This document shows, piece by piece, positions 10,084 through 17,569 of a stretch of DNA of 58,818 nucleotides. The translations under genes were made by a program, and so were the position numbers. How positions within the stretch are numbered: position 1 is the stretch's first letter; the number at the start of each line of letters is the position of its first letter. Under the pieces are notes generated by a model. The model saw nothing but the letters and a program-made list of their open reading frames with translations. It had not been told where the DNA came from and made no database searches. The stretch is from a virus: the IMG/VR virus record IMGVR_UViG_3300045988_124363; one strand, given 5' to 3'.

Positions 10084-10937
10084 GATTCTACGGAAACCAG
10101 TTCGGCAGCAGCTATGAAGAGCTGATCTCCTACTACCCGCGCTACTACCGCAACGTTTTAGAAATGGTCGCCATCCTCAACGCGCAAGGAAAGCTGCTGG
10201 ACGACGCGAAAGCCCAGATCGAGCAAAACTACCTGAACAACTTCATCGAATACATGGACGAAGCTGCCATTTCAGACCTTGAGGAGTTTCTTGAGATTCA
10301 CAATGACGGCACAAAAACGCTCGACGAGCGGAAGAAAATCGTCAAGCCTTACTTTGCAGGCGTTGGCCGCATTTCCTCGACCACCATCAAGGAGATGATA
10401 GCAGCCTATTCCGATGCCACGGCAGATGTCCGGCTTGAGCCGTTCGACGAAGCCGGAAATAATATGCTCTACATCGACCTGACCTGCGGGCAGGGCGCGA
10501 CCGTCCTTATCAACGACGTTTTGAATATGCTCTCCAAAAAGATACCTGCTCACATCATGTACAGGCTATTTTTGCGCTATACGTCGTCGGCCGCTCACTC
10601 CTACATCGGCGCAGGCTACCACGGCACGGCCCAGCGCGTGGCCGTGCCCATCGTGGGCACGCTGCGCCCCCGCGAACTGCTTTCCACCACCTACGCGAAA
10701 GCCGGGCTGTGGAGTATCAGGCAGCAGGAAGCCGCCCGAATCGCTGGCACTCTGCGGCCGAAAGACCACAAGGCCACCACATACGCCCCGGCGGGCTGCA
10801 CCGCCTACCGTATACAGATGGCAGCATACATCAAGGGCGACATTCGCCCGGCAGACCATACCGCAACGGCCCCGGCCCCGGTGGGCGTGGCGGCTTTCCG
10901 GCAGCAAATTGAAATCAAAATTGGAGGTAACACATGA
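10080..10937 (+). CDS. baseplate/tail protein (XkdU / DUF2313-like) with C-terminal tandem repeats
   Basis: TTG start overlapping the upstream stop. N-terminus (YYPRYYRNVLEM...) is typical of this family. The C-terminus carries 3-4 repeats of about 30 aa. Confidence 0.5.
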   Translation: MRFYGNQFGSSYEELISYYPRYYRNVLEMVAILNAQGKLLDDAKAQIEQNYLNNFIEYMDEAAISDLEEFLEIHNDGTKTLDERKKIVKPYFAGVGRISSTTIKEMIAAYSDATADVRLEPFDEAGNNMLYIDLTCGQGATVLINDVLNMLSKKIPAHIMYRLFLRYTSSAAHSYIGAGYHGTAQRVAVPIVGTLRPRELLSTTYAKAGLWSIRQQEAARIAGTLRPKDHKATTYAPAGCTAYRIQMAAYIKGDIRPADHTATAPAPVGVAAFRQQIEIKIGGNT

Positions 10938-12268
10938 GCTGGAACAATTCCCTCTATACCAACGTTGGCACGGACATGATGTCCGAAGTGCTTTCCGGCG
11001 CGACCATGACGATCACCAAAGCCGTGGGCGGCGCAGGCACTACGGCCGCCGAATCGCTGGCCGCGCTGACCGACGTAAAAGACCAGAAGCAGACCCTTAA
11101 AATTCTTGGCATCGAGGACGCGACCGACAGCACCGGCAACGACGCTGGCAAGCGCATCAAAATCCAGATCACCAATGAGGACGTGGAAACCGGGTACATT
11201 CTGCATCAGGTCGGCATCTATGCAAAGCTGGCAGACGGCGACGAAACCCTGCTGATTATTATGCAGGACGACCGCGGCGTGGAAATCCCTTCCCACACGG
11301 AAAACAGCGATTTTGAGATTGAGCTTTACGGCATTATGGCAATCTCGAACGTTGCCAACATTTCCGTGACCGTTGACCCGAACGCCGTTGCATCCGTGGC
11401 GATGGTGAACAAGCAGATTGCGCAGGTCAACACCAAAATCGACAAAGCCAAAGAGGATTTGCAGAAGGAAACGCAGGAAACCTATCTGCCCCTGACCGGC
11501 GGCGAGCTGAAAGGCCCGCTGGTTATGCCCGGCGGCGGCACTGCCCTTAGTATTGAGGACAACGCCGCAACGCACAACATGGTCTATCGCGGCAAGGCAC
11601 TGGGCGGCAGCGTCACGAGCGAGCAGTGGGCAGCCATCAAGGCGGGCACGTTCAAAGACCTGTACCTTGGAGACTACTGGTCTATCGGCGGCGTGGACTA
11701 CCTGATCGCCGCTTTCAACTACTGGCTTACCTGCGGTGACACTGCCTGCAACACGAACCATCTGCTTGTTGTGCCGCGGAACAATCTGTACACCTACAAG
11801 TTCAATCCGACCAACACGACCGAGGGCGGCTACGTTGGCTCTGACCTGTACAAAAACGGTCTGACGCAGGCAAAGACCACCATCAACAGCGCGTTTGGCT
11901 CCGCGCACATCCTGAGCCATAGGCAGTATCTGGTGAATGCCGTCACCAACGGAAAGCCCACTGGCTCCGACTGGTACGACAGCACGGTGGAGCTGATGAA
12001 CGAGAACATGGTCTATGGTGGCAGACAGTTCAGCCCCATGCCGGACGGCACTGACCCGTGGAACACCTGCCGTAACTACACCATCGACAAATCGCAGCTG
12101 CCTTTGTTCCACCTTGCCCCGTGGCTGATCTGTAACAGGAACTGGTATTGGCTGCGAGACGTCGTCTCGGCAGCCCGTTTCGCGAATGTCCACAGCTACG
12201 GCGGTGCGGACTGCTACAACGCCGGCAATGCCGGTGGCGTTCGTCCCGTCGTCGGGCTGATCGGCTGA
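10934..12268 (+). CDS. tail fibre / receptor-binding protein, the DGR target (VR in the last 37 codons)
   Basis: 444 aa, last gene of the baseplate block. The C-terminus ...WLRDVVSAARFANVHSYGGADCYNAGNAGGVRPVVGLIG matches the TR except at adenines. Confidence 0.85.
   Translation: MSWNNSLYTNVGTDMMSEVLSGATMTITKAVGGAGTTAAESLAALTDVKDQKQTLKILGIEDATDSTGNDAGKRIKIQITNEDVETGYILHQVGIYAKLADGDETLLIIMQDDRGVEIPSHTENSDFEIELYGIMAISNVANISVTVDPNAVASVAMVNKQIAQVNTKIDKAKEDLQKETQETYLPLTGGELKGPLVMPGGGTALSIEDNAATHNMVYRGKALGGSVTSEQWAAIKAGTFKDLYLGDYWSIGGVDYLIAAFNYWLTCGDTACNTNHLLVVPRNNLYTYKFNPTNTTEGGYVGSDLYKNGLTQAKTTINSAFGSAHILSHRQYLVNAVTNGKPTGSDWYDSTVELMNENMVYGGRQFSPMPDGTDPWNTCRNYTIDKSQLPLFHLAPWLICNRNWYWLRDVVSAARFANVHSYGGADCYNAGNAGGVRPVVGLIG
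12159..12257 (+). repeat. DGR variable repeat (VR)
   Basis: 99-nt match to 12901..12999. All 11 mismatches are at TR adenines. Confidence 0.9.
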
Positions 12269-12274
12269 TCGAAC

Positions 12275-12299
12275 ATCCTGCGGGCTTGTACCGCAGGAT
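12275..12299 (+). promoter_or_regulatory. hairpin just 3' of the VR (possible DGR target-recognition element and/or terminator)
   Basis: Perfect 9-bp stem atcctgcgg/ccgcaggat with a 7-nt loop, 17 nt after the end of VR homology. Confidence 0.5.
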
Positions 12300-12320
12300 T
12301 GAGAGCAAGGAAGTGAGAAA

Positions 12321-12878
12321 ATGTCCATCCCGAAACACCAACGATCGCCGTCCCGATTGAATGCGCAGCACATGGCAAAGAAAATCAGTCTTGAAATCAC
12401 AACTGAGCTGGCCCGGACATTCGGTTACAGCAAGGCAAAGTTTGAAAAGCACGTCGAGGCCATGACAAAGCATCTTCCTCCCGGCCCAGACCGAGAGCAG
12501 GCGGCGCAGCAAATCAGAGAGCAGGAACAGGAATTTAACCTGTGGCTGATTGAGCAGGAAAGAAAGAAAATGCACGATCTCTCACGGGACATCCCGCTCC
12601 ATCTCCGTGGAGCAAATAGTATCTGGCCGAGTTGCCAACTAGAATTGGACGAACGGAGGCTTGAACTGGACAAAGCCATTGCTGCCTGCGGGAAATTGCA
12701 AGATGAACTAGAATATGTTGCCGAAGCTATTCCGGCAGATTTCAACAAGTATACGGGAATTGTGCTTGAGATTGACAAGCTGGTTGCCCATATCAAGAAC
12801 TTGAGGAAGTCTGACGCAAAGCGGTTCAAGGCCGCTGCGGAGAAAGCCGCCGCACCGCAGAAAATTAAGTCCGAATAA
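12321..12878 (+). CDS. putative DGR accessory protein (Avd-like by position; longer than usual at 185 aa)
   Basis: Helical, basic ORF with an AAGGAAG SD, located between the target gene and the TR as avd is in canonical DGRs. Confidence 0.45.
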   Translation: MSIPKHQRSPSRLNAQHMAKKISLEITTELARTFGYSKAKFEKHVEAMTKHLPPGPDREQAAQQIREQEQEFNLWLIEQERKKMHDLSRDIPLHLRGANSIWPSCQLELDERRLELDKAIAACGKLQDELEYVAEAIPADFNKYTGIVLEIDKLVAHIKNLRKSDAKRFKAAAEKAAAPQKIKSE

Positions 12879-12900
12879 TAACACACTGGGCAGTCTTTGT

Positions 12901-12999
12901 ACGTCGTCTCGGCAGCCAATTTCGCGAATGTCAACAGCAACGGCAATGCGAACTGCAACAACGCCAGCAATGCCAATGGCGTTCGTCCCGTCGTCGGGC
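12901..12999 (+). repeat. DGR template repeat (TR)
   Basis: Rich in AAY codons (virtual translation YVVSAANFANVNSNGNANCNNASNANGVRPVVG). Non-coding position just upstream of the reverse transcriptase (RT). Confidence 0.9.
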
Positions 13000-13112
13000 C
13001 TTTGGATTTCGCAACTGCGCATGATGAGCAAAGCTCGGTGCAGCTCTGCGAAAGGAAAGGCTGTCCATTCGTGGGAACACCACGATAAACGCCCTGCGGG
13101 GCATCAACGGGG

Positions 13113-14396
13113 ATGGCTCTGGTTACGACCAATGAGCCTAGCACTCCGTTTATTTTTATGACAAAGTTTGAAGATGCAAATATCCTGTATGAAGCAGGAA
13201 CCAAAGCCATGAAACCATCCCCGTACAAGTACGGAACACAACTCTATGAGATGAACCATCTTCTGGAAACGGCAAAGCTTCAGAAAGCTTTTCGGGAAGG
13301 AACTTATAAGCCGCAGCCGGGAGTGAAGTTCGAGATCAAAGAGCGTGGACATGAGAGGTATATTACCAGCACCGAAACGGCGGACAAGGCAGTATCGCAC
13401 ATCGTGTGCGACGAGTACCTGACCCCACTGCTGGGAAAATACCTGCAATACGATAACTCAGCATCACAGGTGGGCAAGGGCGTGGCGTTCCACCGCAAAC
13501 GCTTTGAGATCCATCTGCGGCAGTATTACGAGCAGGAGGGAACCAATGAGGGCTATATTCTGTTTTCTGACTTCTCCGGCTACTATGCTAATATCTTGCA
13601 TGAGGTCGCACTTGCACAGCTGGAAACGTATCTGGCGAAAGAAATCGCTGACCCGAAAGAACTGGCACAAGTTCTGGCGGTACTGCGGGAAACATTCAAA
13701 AGCTATGAGCTGGACGTATCCCGGTTCTCCGACGAGGAAATCCAGCGGATGTACCGGGAGAAGATCAGTTCCACGTTTAACATGGGTATTCCCTCGTCCG
13801 CCCTGACCGGGGAGAAGATGCTGCGTAAGGGAGTGGACATCGGCAACCAAATTTCGCAGAACATCGGAATCTTCCTGCCAGTGCCCGTGGATAACTATGT
13901 GAAGATCGTCTGCGGTATCCGGCACTACGCCAGATACTCGGACGATTTTTATATTATCGCCCGGACAAAAGAGCAGCTGCACCAAGTATTTGCAGGAGTA
14001 CGCCGGGAGGCGGAAAAGCTGGGGCTCATCATCAACGAGAAGAAGACCCACATTTGCAAGCTGGGCGGCCAATACCGCCACCTGCAAATGCTCTACTCCC
14101 TGCACCCGGATGGCGAAATTACCTGCAAGATTAACCCGAAAGCTATCACCCGCGAGCGGCGAAAGCTCAAAGCCTATAAGCGTTTGCTGGATGGTGGCCG
14201 GATGGAATTCATCGAGATTGAGAACAATTTCAAATCGTGGCTCTGTGCGAATTATAAGTACATGAGCCGATTACAGATTCAGAACATGGTAGCTCTGTTC
14301 AAAGAGCTGTTTGGAAAGGAACCAACATGGAAAAAGAAAAAAGGACATGGACGGTTACGCTGGCTGATGGGACAAAGCTCGAAAAGCTGGCCCTGA
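13113..14396 (+). CDS. DGR reverse transcriptase
   Basis: YxDD box (RYSDDFYIIA) and the DGR-type motif IGNQISQ ([I/L/V]GxxxSQ). 427 aa, immediately after the TR. Confidence 0.9.
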   Translation: MALVTTNEPSTPFIFMTKFEDANILYEAGTKAMKPSPYKYGTQLYEMNHLLETAKLQKAFREGTYKPQPGVKFEIKERGHERYITSTETADKAVSHIVCDEYLTPLLGKYLQYDNSASQVGKGVAFHRKRFEIHLRQYYEQEGTNEGYILFSDFSGYYANILHEVALAQLETYLAKEIADPKELAQVLAVLRETFKSYELDVSRFSDEEIQRMYREKISSTFNMGIPSSALTGEKMLRKGVDIGNQISQNIGIFLPVPVDNYVKIVCGIRHYARYSDDFYIIARTKEQLHQVFAGVRREAEKLGLIINEKKTHICKLGGQYRHLQMLYSLHPDGEITCKINPKAITRERRKLKAYKRLLDGGRMEFIEIENNFKSWLCANYKYMSRLQIQNMVALFKELFGKEPTWKKKKGHGRLRWLMGQSSKSWP

Positions 14397-14689
14397 ACCC
14401 CGGTGCGAATACGTTCCACTCTGAAACCGAGATCACCCCGGAAATGTTTGACGGCAACCTGTCGGAGGTGCATATCTCTGCCAGCGACGGCGATATGACC
14501 GGGTGCGCCTACCCGGACACCCTGCACGATGCAGAGCTTGTGCAGATCATGCAGCCCACTGATACCCCGGACAGCCAGTGGGCTTTTATCCTGCGGGAAA
14601 TCCCGGCAGATGATCTTTTCAAGGCGAAGATTCAGGCACAGCTTGACTATATCGCCATGAGCGCGGACGTGGATTTGGAGGATATGTAA
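14327..14689 (+). CDS. hypothetical protein (XkdW-position)
   Basis: 120-aa ORF with an AAAGGA SD. Its first 70 nt overlap the 3' end of the RT gene. Confidence 0.5.
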   Translation: MEKEKRTWTVTLADGTKLEKLALNPGANTFHSETEITPEMFDGNLSEVHISASDGDMTGCAYPDTLHDAELVQIMQPTDTPDSQWAFILREIPADDLFKAKIQAQLDYIAMSADVDLEDM

Positions 14690-14690
14690 C

Positions 14691-14843
14691 ATGGAGACCG
14701 AACACAGCAAGAAATTCAATGACATCAAGTTCTACTACGATCACCACATCTGGAGCAAAGCCACCGTAAAGAAAGCCTGCAAAACTGGCCGCATTACGGC
14801 TGCAGAGTATGAGGAGATCGTGGGGGAGCAGTATGCGGCATAA
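14691..14843 (+). CDS. XkdX-like small protein
   Basis: 50-aa ORF (too short for the supplied track): METEHSKKFNDIKFYYDHHIWSKATVKKACKTGRITAAEYEEIVGEQYAA, a typical XkdX-family pattern. Confidence 0.6.
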   Translation: METEHSKKFNDIKFYYDHHIWSKATVKKACKTGRITAAEYEEIVGEQYAA

Positions 14844-15015
14844 AAGCTGGCCCGACCTGTGCGAAAGCCTATTGGACAGGCTTGAAGCAGCAGGAGAGCC
14901 GACCGTCACGGAGCGGGCCGAATTTGGCGTTCTTATGGTGGATTGCTGCATGAAGGACTGCGGCGCAGACCTGCGGCCCAAATCCGAACAGATGGGAGGA
15001 GGTGAACCGAAATGA
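14833..15015 (+). CDS. hypothetical small protein
   Basis: 60-aa ORF overlapping both neighbouring genes. Confidence 0.35.
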   Translation: MRHKSWPDLCESLLDRLEAAGEPTVTERAEFGVLMVDCCMKDCGADLRPKSEQMGGGEPK

Positions 15016-15470
15016 GCCTGAAAGCCATCTGGGAAGCATGGGGGCCTGTCATGGTCACGCCTGCCGTCATCGTCCTGCTGTCCCTTGTCGAGATCGCACC
15101 CATCAAAATCAATCCGTGGTCGGCCATTATGAAGTTTTTGGGCAGCCGCCTAAACTCCGACGTGACGGCCCGCCTCGACACGATGCAGCAGTGCCAGGCT
15201 GAAACGCGAAAAAAGCTGGACGAACATATAGCAAAGGACGACGCCCAGACCGCCAGCCTTTGGCGAACCCAAATCCTGCGGTTTAATGATGAACTGCTGC
15301 ACGACCGGCGGCACACCAAAGAACACTTTGACGAAATCCTTGGCACGATCAAGGACTACGAGGGCTACTGCTCCACGCACAAGAACTTCCCGAACGGCAA
15401 GTGCGTCCACGCCATCGACAACATCAACCGCGTATATGACGAGCTTTTGGAAAGTCACGATTTTCTGTGA
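15012..15470 (+). CDS. membrane protein of the lysis cassette (possible holin or holin accessory)
   Basis: Strong SD (GGAGGAGGTG) and one N-terminal transmembrane (TM) segment (WGPVMVTPAVIVLLSLVEIAPI). Directly upstream of the endolysin. Confidence 0.45.
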   Translation: MSLKAIWEAWGPVMVTPAVIVLLSLVEIAPIKINPWSAIMKFLGSRLNSDVTARLDTMQQCQAETRKKLDEHIAKDDAQTASLWRTQILRFNDELLHDRRHTKEHFDEILGTIKDYEGYCSTHKNFPNGKCVHAIDNINRVYDELLESHDFL

Positions 15471-15484
15471 AAGGAGCTGATTTT

Positions 15485-16153
15485 ATGAGCATCGTAACCT
15501 TTACCGCCGGGGACAAAACGCCCTTGACAAAAGACTTTAAGCGCAGCGAGTTTGAATGTCCCTGCGGCTGCGCCGCCCAGATGATCGACACAGAGCTTGT
15601 GGAAAAGCTGCAGCGCATCCGGGACGTGCTGGGCGTCAAAATCAAAGTGACCAGCGGCTACCGCTGCATCACCCACAACGCAAGCAAGGCCGTACAGGGC
15701 AGCCGAACCAGTAAGCACCTGTATGGCTTTGCGGCAGACTGGCGCACCCTCAACCGCACCGTCAACCCGGTCGCGCTTGGCATCATCGCACAGGCGGTCG
15801 GCTTTGGCGGCATCGGCATCTACTGGCACCCCAAAGCGGCCATGTGCCACGCGGACACCCGCGCAGGCAAGGCAACGTGGCTTTGCACGTCGCCGGGGGT
15901 ATACCCCTCGACCACATACAACGCCTTTATTCTGCCCACCATCCGGCAGGGCAGCACCGGGGCCGCCAACCGTTCCGCAATCATCCTGCTGCAAAAGCTC
16001 TTGAAGCTCAAAGAGGATGGCAATTTCGGGCCTGCTACCACGCAGGCCTTTATTTATGCCCAGAAGCAGCACGGCTTGACCGCTGACGGTATCTGTGGCC
16101 CTGCATCGTGGCGGGCGTTGTCCGGCGCGGACAAGTACCTGAAAAAGCTGTGA
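15485..16153 (+). CDS. endolysin: M15-type peptidase domain plus C-terminal peptidoglycan-binding domain
   Basis: Motifs SGYRC..HN, SKH and HAD, typical of zinc D-Ala-D-Ala carboxypeptidase-like (M15) enzymes. C-terminal PG_binding_1-like repeat (LQKLLKLKEDGNFGPATTQAFIYAQKQHGLTADGICGPASW). Confidence 0.8.
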   Translation: MSIVTFTAGDKTPLTKDFKRSEFECPCGCAAQMIDTELVEKLQRIRDVLGVKIKVTSGYRCITHNASKAVQGSRTSKHLYGFAADWRTLNRTVNPVALGIIAQAVGFGGIGIYWHPKAAMCHADTRAGKATWLCTSPGVYPSTTYNAFILPTIRQGSTGAANRSAIILLQKLLKLKEDGNFGPATTQAFIYAQKQHGLTADGICGPASWRALSGADKYLKKL

Positions 16154-16164
16154 GGTGATGCACC

Positions 16165-16461
16165 GTGCAGGAAGTTCACATCAACATCAACCCAACCACA
16201 CGCCACCAGCGCAAGAGAAAGGACACACAGCGCGGTTTTATGGATAAAGCCGTAATCTATTGCCTTTTCATGTGTACCGTACTGGACGCCGCGATTCTGG
16301 CCCTCTACTGGCACAGCGTCACAGCCCCGGACAGTCTGGCTATTGCTGCAATGGCCGCCCCTTGGATGGTCGAGTTTGGAGCGATGGCAACCATTAAGAA
16401 GCACAAGATCACAACCCCGGCCGACGACAGCCAGCCGGACGATGAAAACAAAGGAGAATAA
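16165..16461 (+). CDS. holin-like small membrane protein
   Basis: GTG start with a GAGGTG SD, two predicted TM helices and a charged C-terminus. Confidence 0.5.
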   Translation: MQEVHININPTTRHQRKRKDTQRGFMDKAVIYCLFMCTVLDAAILALYWHSVTAPDSLAIAAMAAPWMVEFGAMATIKKHKITTPADDSQPDDENKGE

Positions 16462-16463
16462 TC

Positions 16464-16844
16464 ATGGATGAATTTCTGAAAGTCGCTATTACCGCCTGCA
16501 TTCCTGCCTTTACCGTCATTTTCGGCTGGGGCGTCAATAAGGCCGCCAGCATCGCCAACAGCTATGTGCATAACCAGTTTGTGCAGCATTGCATCCAGAA
16601 CGCCGCCAACGCGGTTTTTAACGCCGTTTCTGACGTCAACCAGACCTATGTTGACAGCCTGAAAGAAGCCGACAAATTCGACGAAGCAGCCCAGAAGCGG
16701 GCCTTTGCCGACGCTCTGGCTACTGCAAAGAAGTCCCTCACCGATGAAACCATCCTGTTCATCAAGCAGACCTTTGGCGACGTGGACGCCTACCTGACCC
16801 CCATGATCGAAGCACAGGTGCGCAGCCAGAAAACCTATATGTGA
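16464..16844 (+). CDS. holin, LL-H-like
   Basis: N-terminal TM segment (VAITACIPAFTVIFGWGV) followed by a helical soluble domain, the typical LL-H holin architecture. Confidence 0.5.
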   Translation: MDEFLKVAITACIPAFTVIFGWGVNKAASIANSYVHNQFVQHCIQNAANAVFNAVSDVNQTYVDSLKEADKFDEAAQKRAFADALATAKKSLTDETILFIKQTFGDVDAYLTPMIEAQVRSQKTYM

Positions 16845-17055
16845 TGTTTTCCTGACGCCGCGAAAACATGACCATTTTCGGCACCTCACGAAAATGGTAT
16901 GCTCCCGACATAAATGCCGGGAACATCCGGCCTTAAACGCGCTTTTTGCAAAAAGTCAGCGTAAAATCAGCGCAAAACGCGCGATTTGCGCGTATTAAAT
17001 GCGCGCCGCGCGATTCCATGCAATTATCGTGCAATCTCCGTGCGATTCCTGCAGC

Positions 17056-17084
17056 TTGACACCCGGCCGAAATCCGGGTAAAAT
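17056..17084 (+). promoter_or_regulatory. sigma-70-type promoter with no downstream ORF
   Basis: TTGACA, a 17-nt spacer (containing the palindrome cccgg..ccggg), then TAAAAT. Confidence 0.5.
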
Positions 17085-17090
17085 AGAGCC

Positions 17091-17354
17091 ACTTGAAAGG
17101 CTCCGGCCTTTGTAGAGAGCGGCCCGCCCGGTCTGGGCGTGTTTCGCTCTTGATTTTTATTTGGCCGCTATGGCAGCACAAAATCACCTGATCTGACCGA
17201 AGCCCAACGCGCCGCGCCGGGTACATCGTTGGCAGACCGGGGGGTTTTTTATTTGCTACTTGCATAGAGCTTGATTAAAACTTGCTTAAAACTCAATCAA
17301 GCAAAGGCCCATCTTTGAGCATTTTTCGCTCGTAGATGGGCCTTTTTTCTTTTG
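17091..17354 (+). ncRNA. candidate non-coding transcript(s)
   Basis: Bounded by the promoter at 17056 and a strong terminator at 17303..17354. An internal terminator-like hairpin lies at 17120..17160. Longest + strand ORF is 8 codons. Confidence 0.35.
17303..17354 (+). terminator. Rho-independent terminator
   Basis: Stem aaaggcccatct/agatgggccttt followed by a T-run (ttttttctttt). Confidence 0.7.
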
Positions 17355-17375
17355 CATATTTTGTTATCACACCTG

Positions 17376-17404
17376 TTGACTTTCAATCAAAATCGGAGGA
17401 TAGT
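17376..17404 (+). promoter_or_regulatory. promoter (diverged copy of the repeated promoter cassette)
   Basis: cacctgTTGACT, 17-nt spacer, GATAGT. Confidence 0.45.
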
Positions 17405-17452
17405 ATTCTTGTAAGGCAGAGATAAAATCTCTTACAGAAAGGAATGAGGTGA

Positions 17453-17569
17453 ATGGACTTGAACGTAAGTGAAGCACTTCTCCGGGCCATCTTGGTTCTG
17501 ATCAAGAAGTGCGAAACCCTTGACGAACTGCGCGACGCTGTCGAGGAGATCGTTGGCGAGGGCAAATAA
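17453..17569 (+). CDS. 38-aa hypothetical peptide
   Basis: MDLNVSEALLRAILVLIKKCETLDELRDAVEEIVGEGK with an SD (GGAATGAGGTG). Followed by two hairpins (17570..17600 and about 17617..17655). Confidence 0.35.
   Translation: MDLNVSEALLRAILVLIKKCETLDELRDAVEEIVGEGK

Noticed and set aside
10805-12400. 531-aa minus-strand ORF. Similar long antisense ORFs lie at 5312..6607, 23196..24173, 39749..40876, 40498..41709, 45818..46831, 50550..51566 and 3650..4603
   Set aside because: All are antisense to well-supported + strand genes (tail fibre, tape measure, RecT/SSB, DpdA-like, portal). They lack start signals and have skewed composition, so I treat them as GC-driven artefacts.
12897-13088. 63-aa ORF (MYVVSAANFANVNSNGNANCNNASNANGVRPVVG...)
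   Set aside because: This is simply the conceptual translation of the DGR template repeat and spacer. TRs are non-coding RNA templates, and the ORF has no SD.
13113-14396. Reverse transcriptase considered as a retron or group II intron RT
   Set aside because: There are no msr/msd-like inverted repeats and no intron RNA domains or maturase/endonuclease extensions. The adenine-specific TR/VR pair and the IGNQISQ motif point to a DGR.
16933-17265. 110-aa minus-strand ORF in the structured non-coding locus, and a possible tRNA in the same region
   Set aside because: The ORF has no SD and an Arg/Cys-rich composition, and it runs antisense through the promoter and hairpins. I could not fold any segment into a cloverleaf with a T-loop GTTCRANNC-type motif.
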